From assembly GCA_003427395.1 (NCBI GenBank), contig BFEA01000040.1, positions 1,765,869-1,829,868 of the forward strand: 64,000 nucleotides of DNA, given 5' to 3'. The translations under genes and the position numbers were made by a program. Origin of the DNA: Chara braunii (Eukaryota > Plantae > Charophyceae). Under the pieces are notes generated by a model. It searched no databases, had not been told where the DNA came from, and saw nothing but the letters and a program-made list of their open reading frames with translations. Shown here piece by piece: positions 10,994 to 23,304 of the stretch (positions are counted from its first letter, which is position 1; the number at the start of each line of letters is the position of its first letter).

Positions 10994-11044
10994 GACCCTA
11001 CGCTGCGTTTCATCCGGCCGCCACTACCAGAATCATCAGGGGTC
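10994..11044 (-). ncRNA. Minimal type-I hammerhead ribozyme motif
   Basis: Minus strand reads GACCC-CUGAUGA-U-UCUGGU(aguggcg)GCCGGA-U-GAAACGCAGCGUA-GGGUC: stem I, intact core, stem II, palindromic stem III and a GUA triplet. Confidence 0.8.
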
Positions 11045-11259
11045 TTCGTGTCGCTAGGAAAAGGGATTGAGCTCATAGAACTTCTTGAATAAGTACCTTT
11101 CAGCGAGCAGTGAGACAGTTGATAGGGATAGAAGAACAAGTGCAGAACAAGAAAGAAAATAAGAGTTAGGATAGACTAGTCCAGATTCAGAAATAGAAGT
11201 CGAAAGACGGACCCAATGCTGGCGGCTCAGTGCCAGTTCAGACCCGTCTTGAGACACAA

Positions 11260-11450
11260 GTTTCCAGAAGTAGCAGCTCGCTAGCACAGCCACACCCAAC
11301 CCCAACGCTGACTTCCTTGTCAGCCATTTGTCCGACTACCAGACAAAACTCCAATTTTTCTAGAAGTAGCGGCTCACCAATATCGCGACAGATAACTCCA
11401 TCACTGACTTCCTTGTCGGTCACCTGTCCGACCACCAGATAGAGTTCCAA
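11260..11450. repeat. Two diverged 96-bp tandem units
   Basis: agaagtagc.gctc at 11266 and 11362; ctgacttccttgtc.g.ca..tgtccgac.accaga in both units. Confidence 0.85.
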
Positions 11451-12315
11451 GACCCACTTACGCTTCGGGAAACAAATTTTGGAAAGGCAAAAAAGAAAAA
11501 GAAGGCCGGGGCCGTGGGCCGTGTACCTGTGGTTTACGACTCTTTAAAGTTTAAATGAAATAATGGGTTTGTTGCCGAGGATGAACTCGTTAAACCGCTT
11601 CGCTAACTCTCTCAGGCGTCTAAATAGTTAAACAATGAAGTATTCATTTTGAGATCTTCAGCATTTATTCGAGTTTTCCTCTAAGACTTCTGCTGAAATG
11701 TGTTCACAACTTCGCATACTTGGCTAAATACGAGATCCATGCTGATGAATACGGGGCTGACCACGCCACTGTCGAAACAAACATGCAAATTTTCAACGGC
11801 TCTCCGAAAGTTTTTGACAGCCGCCATTTTGACAGTTAGCGCCCACTGTGCCTCACGGCACCCTTGGAATCGTGGAGGGAAGAGTATACGACAAGCACTC
11901 AAGCAAACAGACAACACTCCGAACACGCAAACACTCAGCCTTGACCCTGCCAATGGGCATTTCTGCAACATTTCCTTTTCTTTTCTTTTTTCTTTTTTTC
12001 AACAGCCACCTTTCTCGTAAGCCCAAAGGGAGGCTATCGAAATCTGGGCCATCCACAGGCGGGCAAAACTTCGAAGAAATCTGGGCCGTCACAGGCGGGC
12101 AAAATTTCGAAGTTTAAACAAGAGGGTGGCTGTTGAAGGGAGGCTGCTGAAAGTTGGGCCGTCACAGGCGGGCAAAATGTCGAATCCGGTTTTCTGACGA
12201 CAATCCGATGGGCATTCAACAGCCGCCCTCTCGACAGGCTGTGTGGCGAGCGGAAACTGTCGAAAAGTTCGCTGAAAACCGCATTTTCTACACTGGTGTG
12301 GCGAGCCCCTACGTC

Positions 12316-12626
12316 CTATGTTGCACGCTGGCCGCGGCCGGGTTCGGCCCTGGCCGCGGCCGGGTTCGGCCCAGGCCGCGGCCGCCGGCCTAGGCCGGGA
12401 CCCCCCGGGCCGCGGCCGGTCCGGCCGAGTTTTTTCGGCCGAGGCAGCCACCGATCGGGGAGGGGGTTTGGGGGGCGGGGAACAGGTTTCGAGTGGGGGG
12501 GGGTCCCCTACCTCCTCGCAAAAAAAAAACACAAAAACTTCAAAAACGGGGGGGTGGATTTCAATGACTACCAAAAAAAATTAAATAAATAGAAAAAAAA
12601 AAAAAATCACTGATTGACTGTTTTTT

Positions 12627-12664
<38 letters not shown>

Positions 12665-13202
12665 GGGGGAGGGGCCCTCCCTCCACTCCACGGCGTGCGC
12701 TCNNNNNNNNNNNNNNNNNNNNNNNNNNNNNNNNNNNNNNNNNNNNNNNNNNNNNNNNNNNNNNNNNNNNNNNNNNNNNNNNNNNNNNNNNNNNNNNNNN
12801 NNNNNNNNNNNNNNNNNNNNNNNNNNNNNNNNNNNNNNNNNNNNNNNNNNNNNNNNNNNNNNNNNNNNNNNNNNNNNNNNNNNNNNNNNNNNNNNNNNNN
12901 NNNNNNNNNNNNNNNNNNNNNNNNNNNNNNNNNNNNNNNNNNNNNNNNNNNNNNNNNNNNNNNNNNNNNNNNNNNNNNNNNNNNNNNNNNNNNNNNNNNN
13001 NNNNNNNNNNNNNNNNNNNNNNNNNNNNNNNNNNNNNNNNNNNNNNNNNNNNNNNNNNNNNNNNNNNNNNNNNNNNNNNNNNNNNNNNNNNNNNNNNNNN
13101 NNNNNNNNNNNNNNNNNNNNNNNNNNNNNNNNNNNNNNNNNNNNNNNNNNNNNNNNNNNNNNNNNNNNNNNNNNNNNNNNNNNNNNNNNNNNNNNNNNNN
13201 NN

Positions 13203-13235
<33 letters not shown>

Positions 13236-13466
13236 TGCGCAGGGTTTCGAAGCTTTTTTTTTTTTTCTTTTTCTTTTTTCTGTTTTTATTTTTTGTTATG
13301 TAATAGAAAACAACAATGCCAAAAAAATATGGGCGTGTAGGGTTTTTTTAGCCCTACACGCCCATATTTTGGCTGGTCGGCCGAGGCCGAACCTGGCCGA
13401 TTCGGCTGTCGGCCGAGGCCGCGGCCGATTTCCCCCCCCCCGGGCACGGCCGGGCGCGCAACATAG
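12316..13466. mobile_element. Non-autonomous hAT-like DNA transposon (spans an N gap)
   Basis: TIR ctatgttgcacg / cgcgcaacatag; 8-bp TSD cctacgtc / cctacatc; many GGCCG subterminal repeats. Confidence 0.8.
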
Positions 13467-13545
13467 CCTACATCTGGAAATCCAACAAAATGTAAATAGA
13501 TCAACCAAAAAATCTCAAAATCTGTTCGTAAGCATTCCAAATTAA

Positions 13546-13906
13546 ACCACCACTACCTTTCCCACGTATCCGCCGCGGGCAGTTTTAGAGGCCTGAAACG
13601 AAAAATGGGCCGCCCATTAAATTTATCAACAGCGGCGCTTTCCTGCCTGGCTTCCGAATATACCGGCAGGACTTCTACTTTCAAGCGGGGAACGGTACTG
13701 GTGCTTTAAACCACCAGGGTACCTTTCCCAGCTATTTTGCGATGACGCGCCAGGCAACGCGGAAGAGGCCGACGGGGTTCGGTGCTATCGGACTGAAATG
13801 GCTGGCGGCGTTAGCCAAAATGAGGCCCAGGACGGTTCATTTTTTTTCGTCGCGCAGGGCGATTTTGGGCTCGGCCGCATCGATAGCTGAGAAAGGTACT
13901 GCCGGT
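13546..13906. mobile_element. Tandem pair of TTAA-MITEs (13546-13705 and 13710-13906) sharing one TTAA
   Basis: ttaa|accaccactacc...ggtactggtgct|ttaa|accaccagggtacctttcccagcta...tagctgagaaaggtactgccggt|ttag. Confidence 0.75.
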
Positions 13907-14057
13907 TTAGTTGCAAAAATGGGTATGAAATAGTAAAATAAAGACTGAATTTATGAAATGGAATTTTGAAAGAAAACACACTTTTCATTTCCAGGAAATC
14001 AACCACCAAGATTGGGGAATATTTCGCTCCTGCCAAAAGTCACCTGGCAACATTTTC

Positions 14058-14232
14058 ACACCACGCGACCACATAACTTTTTCACACCACGTGACCACAT
14101 AACTTTTTCACACGTGACCACATAACTTTTTCCCACCACGTGACTATATTTTTGCTTCTGCTAGAAGCTGGATTTTTTTGAGTGAACTGGAGAAACATAC
14201 ATATTACACAACACGCGACCACATAACTTTTT
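14058..14232. repeat. Short tandem repeat, unit ~cacgYgaccacataacttttt
   Basis: About five copies, mostly directly adjacent. Confidence 0.85.
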
Positions 14233-14422
14233 CTCCTTAAAAAAAAAAAAAAATGCAGCTGGGACCACCACCATGAGGGGATCATGCTATGAGAATCTCC
14301 TCATTGTAGCCCTTCCGGTCGTTGCCCCAGTCTAGTAGTGGGGGTCATCACCTGCTGGAAACCGGGTCCAGCGTCCCTTTCATATTTTATGTACACGACA
14401 GAACTTGATCATCTAGTCAGCA

Positions 14423-14547
14423 ACCGACCCGCCTGGCCGAGTTGAAACACCCCGGCAAGCGGTTGAAATACATACGTTAGTTTGAATCCCGATGAACAGG
14501 AATTTCTGAATTACCTGGGGGCCGGTCAGTCAGTTTCACAATGACAT
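14423..14547 (+). mobile_element. tRNA-derived SINE copy (degenerate)
   Basis: A-box-like tggccgagttga, B-box-like gtttgaatcc, tail gatgaac...ctgaattacc.ggggg..ggtcagt shared with the 21535 copy. Confidence 0.6.
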
Positions 14548-15795
14548 CTCAAGGCTGTCGCCCTTTTGAAAAAAAGAGGAGGATAAGCTCAGTATCAGCA
14601 AAGCTGATAATTCACATGTGAAAAGCCGTTGGTAATGTGCAAACTCGGTGGGCCGAAGGAATTTTTGGTTTCTCCTTCTCTGATTTCATTTATTCGTAGA
14701 GTGATCAAAATCTGCGAAACCCGCAAAACCCGCATTACTCTCAAAATCCTATTTGATAATTTTGATTTCGTCAGGACTCGAGGTCAGGTCTGTTTATCAG
14801 CAGTTTGTGGGTGCACATTCATTCAGCCACATGGGCTGGGTTCCAACTCCTTTTGGGGAGCGCAGCAAGGGCCGCCAAGCAGAACAATAGATAAACAAAA
14901 GTCGCCCACCTGGCTCACCCGGGCTGGAGCCTCCGTGCCCCTGCTACCCGCCAAGGCATGGGCATGCCGCTCCGGGCGGCTGCACAGCCCAGTGTTTAAG
15001 TAGTGGATGAAGGTGCTATGGATCTGGCGACCTCCCAATGCAAAACTCACAAAGAGACTGTCATTCAATTGCAACTCAAATGAAAGAAGATAGGAAAAAG
15101 AATTAGATAAAGGAAGAATAAGCAACAAGAAGAAGCAGCAACAAGAAGAAGCAGCAACAAGAAGAAGCAGCAACAAGAAGAAGCAGCAACAAGAAGAAGC
15201 AACAAGAAGAAGAAGAAGAAGAAGAAGAAAGAATTCATTTGTCTGAAACATGAACTGGAAGAAAAAAGGAAAATTGGAGATGAATTCAATTTTGAGTAGA
15301 AAATGTAGAAGTGTTTGGTGAATCAAAGGCAAAGGGAGTAACCTAAAAGGATACCACCCGACTGATTGCAAGAAGACTCAAAATAAATCAGCAGAGCAGC
15401 ATCAGACCACAGTGACCATACAATTTTTCTTTTTGTAAGAAAAAAAACAAACAAAAAATAAAATAGGAGAAGAAGAAGAAGAAGCATAAAGAAGAAGAAG
15501 AAGAAGAAGAAGAAGAAGAAGAAGAAGAGGAAGAAAGAAAAAGCACGAGGAAGAAGAAGAGGGAGAACTGAAACGAGCAAGGCCTATCCCTCAGTGTCAA
15601 TGCATCAGACAAAAAAAAACAGTATACACCTCCATAGACATACCTGCTCATGAAAACGCACACATTCAGAGCAAAAGGAGGACGTGGAGGAAGAAGAAGA
15701 AGAAGAAGAACGCAAGCTGGAACCAATGTCATCTCTCGTTCCTCTCTCGTCGCCCTCCATCTCATCTCCTCCATCATCTTATTAACAATAATTAA

Positions 15796-15953
15796 ACCAC
15801 CAGTACTTCCTAAAGTTGTGCCCACCCATAAAACAAGCCCCCATTTTAGGAAACGTACGGGCCACTACAGGAGCGCCCAAATTCATCCGACTACAAACGT
15901 TTCTACTCCATTTTTCTTTTCCGCGGCCAATAGCTTGGCCAAGTACTGGTGGT
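15796..15953. mobile_element. TTAA-MITE (158 bp)
   Basis: ttaa|accaccagtactt ... aagtactggtggt|ttaa with perfect TIRs. Confidence 0.8.
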
Positions 15954-16854
15954 TTAACAGCAACAAGGAATGAAAGAGGCAGACTCAGCGTCCAGATACA
16001 ACCCCCCTTACTGCCAGCCTGATAAATAGCCCTTCTTTCACTTTCTCTCTAAGGACATACTCACACTAGCACTTTCCTTCATGCATCTGACCGCAATTGA
16101 AGGCAGATCTGAATGTACCTGACGGCAATCATGTCCCGAGCTCAGTCAAAAAGTCAGTGTGAGTATGCCCTTTCCAAAAAAAAAAAAAAAAAGGAACCCA
16201 TCATCGACTACATCACCTCCTCTGAGTCCTCGCATACTATCCTTTTTGTGTAGCTTTTTTTTGTGTATCGTATAGGACCTCGCTGCAGTACACAAGACTC
16301 TATGCATTCAAAATTTTGGACTCGTCTGAATACACCTGGTCGAGAAAGCGACCAAATGCAGGTAGAGTGTTGTGTAGTGGAGCCAGGCCCATACTCACAG
16401 CCAGTTCCTCTTCTCCGCATACCTTGATCAGAGAAGTATGGTGGTGGACTCAAATATTAAGTCCTGTCCATCTCGCGGCGTAAACCCACTCCCATTTATT
16501 TTCCACAGTGATCTTTCAGCTTCTTCCCATTTTCATTGATTTTACGCGCAGTGCGGTTTTTTTTTTTCTTCGAGTTTCTGATACATATAAACAAAAACCA
16601 ATAGTTAAAAAAAAAAAAAAAAAAAAANNNNNNNNNNNNNNNNNNNNNNNNNNNNNNNNNNNNNNNNNNNNNNNNAAAAAAAAAAAAAAAAAAAAAAAAA
16701 ACAGCGAAAAAAAATGGAAGCTCTCTTTCCACAAACATTATGTTTCTTCGGTATCTCTAATACTAAAAAACAACAACAAAAAAAAAAAAAAAACTCTAAA
16801 AATCGAAGCGCAACTCGAATTGCACGCGTTCAACGACCAGCAGGGCGTTTGTCC

Positions 16855-16998
16855 CACTGGCAGCTTTCGAGTTTCCTCAACGCCCGAATCTGGACGTATT
16901 TGCGGAGAGGTGCGGCTGAGAAACCTCAATGAGATTTTCTGCACATGTCCACACACACGTCCAGATTCGGGAGTTGAGAAAACTCAGCGCTGCTAGTG
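16855..16998. repeat. Small inverted-repeat element (CACTG/CACTA-like ends)
   Basis: gagtttcctcaacgcccgaatctggacgt pairs with acgtccagattcgggagttgagaaaactc; ends cactggcagc / gctgctagtg. Confidence 0.65.
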
Positions 16999-17405
16999 CG
17001 ACTTGTTGGCCCCAGGTCACTTCACTTTACTCGTTGATATGCAGAAAGCGATTCACCACCTGGCACAAGTAAAATCACCGTAATTCACTACGTGAAAAAA
17101 AAAAAAAAAAAAAAAATCACCGTAATTCAGTACGTGAAGAAAAAAAGGAAACGCTCATGATAAGTTTTCACAAATGGAAGAATAAAAGAAAAAAAAAAAG
17201 AAAAAAGAGAAAAAAGAAAAAGGAGGAGGAGACGACATCCATCCATTCATTCCAGCCACACAACCTCAACACTTTCCATCTCAAATGTGAGAGTCTATAC
17301 GTGCTGCTGATTGCCCATCATCGTCAGATTCGTCACTATTCAGTCCGCCTGCGTCCTCATTTCGCACTCTACTACCCTACCGTAATGTGGTTCTGAAAGA
17401 CGAAC

Positions 17406-17449
<44 letters not shown>

Positions 17450-17719
17450 CCCCAAAAAAAAAAAAAAAAAAAAAAAACGAACAAGTAAAGCCACCCCAAC
17501 ACAGCAAGGGAAGAAAACCAAGAGACACATCCAATCCATCCATTCATTTCACGCACACAACCTCAACACAACATTTCCATCTCAGGGTGTATTTATACAT
17601 GTATATTGATTGCCCTTGCATCTCAGGGTGTGTGTACACGCCATCGTCGACAGTCATTCCGCCTGCATCCTCATTTTCCAAAACTAACCCTATTAACAGG
17701 CTCCCTCTCTCATCAACAC

Positions 17720-17860
17720 ACCCCTCTCTCATCGCTTGGTCGATCGGAGAGTCGCCGAGTCTTGCGCGCGCCTCCTTTCAGACCAAACTTCCTCCTTTCC
17801 TCCACCCTAGAGACTCTCGTGAGCAGGTCGCTGCCTCTTCAGTGGCTTCCGATTCCCCAT
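17720..17860 (-). pseudogene. Degenerate tandem duplicate of the last ~40 codons of RPS9
   Basis: Reads NRKPLKRQ..LLTRVSRVEERRKFGLK...KR-stop, with indels relative to the gene end. Confidence 0.85.
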
Positions 17861-17949
17861 TCCTCCTCCTGGATCCTCATTTTGCAACTACCCCCCTTTC
17901 CTTAACCCCAATTAAGAAAGCCCACCCCAATTAACAAAGCCCCTCTCTC

Positions 17950-18774
17950 TCATCGCTTGGAGAATTGCGGGGCTTTGCGGGCCTTCTTCAGACCATACTT
18001 CCTCCTTTCCTTAACCCTAGAGTCTCGCGTGAGGAGGTGCTGCCTCTTCAATGGCGTTCGATTTGCCGCGTTGGCTTGGCAGAGCGCCCTGGATATTCCC
18101 AGTGCGATGGCTCCTGCTTGTCCAGCTATCCCACCTCCCTGCACCTTAACGAACACGTCATACTTCTGCTCATACCCTAGACTTACCAGCGGCCATTGAA
18201 TTAACTGCACAAGCTCAGGATTACTCTGTAGGTAATCAGCGCCAGGTCTTCCATTGACGACGATCCTACCTGTGCCCTCGATGAGACATACCCGCGCAAT
18301 GGCACACTTTCGCCGCCCCGTGCCCAAGTGCTTCAACCCCGGGCCGGAGAGGAAAGACGGCATGCGTTCTATTTGCGGGGCTGTTGACATAGCAGCACCA
18401 GCGGAAGCAGAAGCACGTACAGCTCGGCGGAGGGCTGGGGAACTGGCGCCGCCATTCCCGCCATCTTTCCGCCGCCGCCGTCCAAAGCGCGCCGCCGCCG
18501 GCGCTGCCACGTCAGCAGCCAGTCTGAAAGAGGCGCCAAAAAGTGAGGACTTGGACAAGCCCGCTGCTGCAAAACTGCACCGCCGCCGCATCGAGCAGCA
18601 GAGGGGAGATGAAGTCGACGTCGCAAGTGCATTGTCTCTGGTCGTTCTCTGGAACCTCACTGGAATAGAAGGGGAAGCACACGTGGCCTTCCTCGCGCTT
18701 GCCACGTGTAAGGAACGCGCCGAGAGTTGAACTCCTCCCGCGCATGGTGCGCTCTTCATTATGGCGGCTGCCAT
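17950..18774 (-). CDS. RPS9: 30S ribosomal protein S9 (uS9c), nucleus-encoded plastid precursor, intronless
   Basis: GRRKCAIARV, VKVQGGGIAGQAGAIALGISRAL, LLTRDSRVKERRKYGLKKARKAPQFSKR (cyanobacterial/plastid-type end); ~140-aa Ala/Ser/Arg-rich transit-peptide-like N-terminus. Confidence 0.95.
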   Translation of the reverse strand: MAAAIMKSAPCAGGVQLSARSLHVASARKATCASPSIPVRFQRTTRDNALATSTSSPLCCSMRRRCSFAAAGLSKSSLFGASFRLAADVAAPAAARFGRRRRKDGGNGGASSPALRRAVRASASAGAAMSTAPQIERMPSFLSGPGLKHLGTGRRKCAIARVCLIEGTGRIVVNGRPGADYLQSNPELVQLIQWPLVSLGYEQKYDVFVKVQGGGIAGQAGAIALGISRALCQANAANRTPLKRQHLLTRDSRVKERRKYGLKKARKAPQFSKR

Positions 18775-19117
18775 TATGACGTCTTACTTGCCGCCACCGC
18801 CGCCGCCGCCGCCTTTCTTTCTTTCTCTGATTGACACCTGTCCCTCTTGTCCCTCTTGGCTCCTACAGGATTAACAAAAAAGCAAAACGCAATGAATATG
18901 TTTTCAAGTTTCAACAAGCGAAAACAAACAAAAAAAGGGCTCAATTTCCCACCCAAAAAAAGAGGGGAGAAATACTATGCTAATGCCTGTAAAATTTTGG
19001 ACCGCACATGGAAGCAAAGACAAGCATATGTCTTCCCCCATTGTTTTGCATGCCTTCTCATCATTGTGCCTCCCACTCTTCCTCCTCCACATCTATATGC
19101 CATATAGTCAAATCCTT

Positions 19118-19169
<52 letters not shown>

Positions 19170-19219
19170 GTCCTTGAAGATTGCTTTCTCCTCCGTCGTT
19201 CTATATCCCAAAATATAGA

Positions 19220-19271
<52 letters not shown>

Positions 19272-19954
19272 CACCCACTCACACACCTCATCCTCCACAA
19301 TTGCCGCTTTATTTCCCAGTTGCCTCCAACCCCCCTCCCCCCCCATATAGAATTTGAGCTTCCCCCCACCCACATTACCTCAATTTCCCGCTTCTGCGAC
19401 CTTGACGCTTCCCCTCACCCCCCCACCCCTATTCCTTCTCCCCCCTGCCTACCCCTATTGCAATGTTTTTCCCACCTTTCCCTATCAACATCCCCGAACA
19501 CCTATTGACATTCTTCACCAAGAAATTGAGGGTTAAAAAAATAAAAATATTTAAAAAAACGCAAAAAGAGATGCTTCACACCAACCCCTCTTCCTCCTTC
19601 CCCCTTCTTTTGTGATTTCGAGGATCAATCCCGCCCACATTTTCACCCCCCCTCCCACCTCCTCCCAAGATTTCCGCTCCTTTCTCCCACCCCCCTCTTT
19701 TCCCCTCTCCTGCCTCCTGACACCTACTACAAACGCTTTTCCCCACAGCTTTCCCCCCCTATTCCCCTATTGCAATGCTTGCTCCCCCCTCTTTCTCCCT
19801 CTCCCTGCCTCCCAGCCCTGTCTCAATGCTGTTCCCACACGCCTCTTTTCTCCCATTCTTCCTCTGGTACTTCATAATTCATAAGAGCTTTTATACGGCT
19901 CGCCTCTACGCCGCTCCCCATCCTTCTACCCATATTTCGACCCTATCCCCACAT

Positions 19955-20120
19955 TCTTTCCTCCTTTTACCCCCCCACGTTTTTTCCTCCTTTTACCCCC
20001 CCGCGTTTTTTCCTCCTTTTACCCCCCCGCGTTTTTTCCTCCTTTTACCCCCCCGCGTTTTTTCCTCCTTTTACCCCCCCACGTCTTTTCCTCCTTTTAC
20101 CCCCCCACGTTTTTTCCTCC
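19955..20120. repeat. ~26-bp pyrimidine-rich minisatellite (ttttcctccttttacccccccRcg)
   Basis: About six adjacent copies upstream of RPS9. Confidence 0.9.
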
Positions 20121-21534
20121 TACCCCCTTTTACACCCTTTTTCTGATTTCATGTCCACAACTCTCCCACACTCCCATTTCCGGTCCCAGTTTTCCCACAG
20201 TCACATTCCCAGTTCCATCCATCCTTCTGCCGATAGAAGGGCCCTCGCTCATTATTCTCATTGAAAAAAAAAAAGAAGGGCCGTCGCTAATCTTCAATTA
20301 CCATGTGCGCAGCAATTTCCCTCCTTTCTTTCCTCTTCCTCCTTTTTTTTTTTTCACCATTATTAATCAATTTATGCCTGTCATCCCATGTGCGCAGGGG
20401 CCATGCTAATCAACCTTCCTTCCCTGTATCGTTCCAATTCTGCAAAAANNNNNNNNNNNNNNNNNNNNNNNNNNNNNNNNNNNNNNNNNNNNNNNNNNNN
20501 NNNNNNNNNNNNNNNNNNNNNNNNNNNNNNNNNNNNNNNNNNNNNNNNNNNNNNNNNNNNNNNNNNNNNNNNNNNNNNNNNNNNNNNNNNNNNNNNNNNN
20601 NNNNNNNNNNNNNNNNNNNNNNNNNNNNNNNNNNNNNNNNNNNNNNNNNNNNNNNNNNNNNNNNNNNNNNNNNNNNNNNNNNNNNNNNNNNNNNNNNNNN
20701 NNNNNNNNNNNNNNNNNNNNNNNNNNNNNNNNNNNNNNNNNNNNNNNNNNNNNNNNNNNNNNNNNNNNNNNNNNNNNNNNNNNNNNNNNNNNNNNNNNNN
20801 NNNNNNNNNNNNNNNNNNNNNNNNNNNNNNNNNNNNNNNNNNNNNNNNNNNNNNNNNNNNNNNNNNNNNNNNNNNNNNNNNNNNNNNNNNNNNNNNNNNN
20901 NNNNNNNNNNNNNNNNNNNNNNNNNNNNNNNNNNNNNNNNNNNNNNNNNNNNNNNNNNNNNNNNNNNNNNNNNNNNNNNNNNNNNNNNNNNNNNNNNNNN
21001 NNNNNNNNNNNNNAGAGAGGGAGGAGAGGAGAGGAGGAGGAGGAGGAGGAGGAGGAGGAGGAGAGGAGGAGAGACGGCGGAGGAAAACGGGTGGGGAAGA
21101 AGGAGCTTACCCGTAGTGCTTGGGGAAAGAGGAGGACTGGAAGACGTTGAGGAAATCCACTGTTGATTGGACAACCTGTGGCGGGTTGGAGTGCCACGAG
21201 ACAAAACACCCCGGCAACGCCTCCCACCACCCTGACGGCCGCAGCGAGGCAGTCAAGCGCTAAGCGCTATCAGATTTCCGATGGGGTTACGTCCACCAGA
21301 AATCCCCGGCACATGCACCGCAAACTGTCTTTTTTCGGGACGCGGTATATGGGATTACTCACACTAGCAGTATCTCAAATGTATCTGATCGCATTCACGG
21401 CCATACCTGGAGGTATCTGGCCGCAATTCCGTCCAAAATATGTAAAAAGGTCCAACTGTGAATATGCCCTATACCGGGCGCCAAGTTCTGCCGGAATCCT
21501 CTCCAGCGAAATGGAGGATAACCAACAGGCCTAC

Positions 21535-21780
21535 CGGTAGTAGCTCAGTTGATGCACCCATGAACTGTTGAAATACGGACCCAAGCTCGAATCCACGAGG
21601 ATACCACGGCCTCATTTTCTTTTTTTTCTTTTTTTCTCAATGCAAAACTTTTCTTACAACGCCTCAGTTTCGAATTTCGAATGCCACAAAAAAAAATAAA
21701 AAATAAAAAATCGAATGCAGGTGGAACTAGATGAACGAAATTCCTGAATTACCGTGGGGCTGGTCAGTTTCGTGATGATA
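21535..21780 (+). mobile_element. tRNA-derived SINE
   Basis: tagctcagttga (A box) ... gctcgaatcc (B-box variant); related copies at 14423, 37336 (-) and 50905 (-). Confidence 0.7.
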
Positions 21781-22968
21781 AAAGGGGGTCGTTAGACACT
21801 CCTTACTACTTCCTTGAGCTACAAGGAAATTTTGGGGCCTCATTCCACATATCCTCCACGTCCCCGAGGACATTTCCCTGTCGCCTGTCCACGGCCGTTT
21901 TCATACGATTATATGCAGCTGAGGGGGGGGAGGGGAGGGGGGGGCGGTCCGCGGTCCAGCGTCCTGTGTCTGTGTGGAGACGTTGTGGTCCAGCGGCATC
22001 AGGCGGGAAAGGGCAGGACAGTGTCCTGTGTCCGTGTGGAGACGTTGTGGTCCAGCGGCATCCGGCGGGAAAGGGCAGGCCCAGGCCACGAAAAACAAAA
22101 TGAAAAATAGGGGACCTCCACGTTTGAAATTCAAAACTGGAAGTACGATGGGACGATCGGCAGTCGGTGTGGAGACGGGGCACAGGCAAATCGAGCTTTG
22201 TGGGGGTGTCCCTTCACGAGAAAAGCAACACTTGTGTATGTGTGCACAATGGTTGCATCCATGGCCATCGACGCATGACATGTTGCGGGCGTCGTTCGGC
22301 ACAGTTTTGCGGCGAGCGCAATGTCATCTCAAAGGCGGTGTTCCACCCACACCTGCCAACCCGTGTGTTCCATGGGGTACTTGCCGCTTGGCGTCATCCA
22401 CCTGCTCTCGTGTACATGGAGTCCCCGATCCGCTGCCCACCGCAGGTGATGATCGCATCAATTCTGCTGCCTCCTCCCCCGCCCTTGGACGAATTATAGA
22501 ACGATCCCTTGCGTGGTCACGCGAGCCTGCTCCCAGACCGTCTCTCCCCCTCCCTTCCCCCATTGACGTCTGTTCCACACGATCCCCATCAGGGTGGGGA
22601 TTGAATATGGCTGGCCGCCACTCCGCTCCCGTTGGACAGCCCGAAGGTGAGATCAACCGTCGCATCTGCATTGTTCTCACCCAGCCCCTCGAACGGTGAC
22701 ATGAACGACCAGGGTACCGCCTCCGCTGACAAACGACCGAAGAACTGGCTACCTGCCCAATCCTGTTTCGATCCACTCCCCAGAGGCACAGTCGATGACC
22801 TCACATCGTCGTACTCGTTGTTTGTCAGTGGCAAACGAATCTCGTGCGAAGGCAGGTGAGTGTATGGTGATGGATCATACAGTTGTTTGTTTGCACTACA
22901 TGCAATGCGCTGCAGGCTCAATGACCCTTCTGTCGTGCCTACCGGTCTGCTCTTCGCCAGACATCGGT

Positions 22969-23304
22969 TGTGCCGGACCCGCCGGGATGGCGGTCCGACA
23001 GGATGGAGACGAAGGGTGGACGAAGGAGGAGACAAAGATGGAGCTGGAAGGGACAGCGCAACTCCGACGCAGACTCAACACGCACGTACTCCAAGATCTG
23101 CAAAAGTGAAGAATGTCGAAAAACAGACAACTGCTGGGGTATACCCCCAGCGGACTGACTAACTGGACTGGACTGGACTGGACTGGTACCGACAGTGGTA
23201 CCGGGCAGGACTAGAACAGCACACGGCCTAGTCCCACATGTCGAACTGGGCAAATAGCCCAATAGGCTTTGGCTGTAGGCCAGGGCAGATGAAGGCCCGC
23301 TGCA
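22969..23304 (-). repeat. 3' LTR
   Basis: tgtgccggacc...aggcccgctgca, homologous to 32992-33342. Confidence 0.95.

Noticed and set aside
11737-11790. CTGATGA...GAAAC on the + strand
   Set aside because: Lacks the U16.1/NUH triplet and stem III; stem II is poor.
12561-13545. Long ORFs here and at 20.3-21.2, 32.2-33.2 and 54.2-55.3 kb
   Set aside because: Artefacts of N gaps and microsatellites.
14058-14232. Possible CRISPR-like array
   Set aside because: Units are adjacent without unique constant-length spacers, there are no cas genes and the context is eukaryotic.
21535-21600. tRNA gene
   Set aside because: It has A/B boxes but no cloverleaf, and a shared non-tRNA tail in four copies indicates a SINE.
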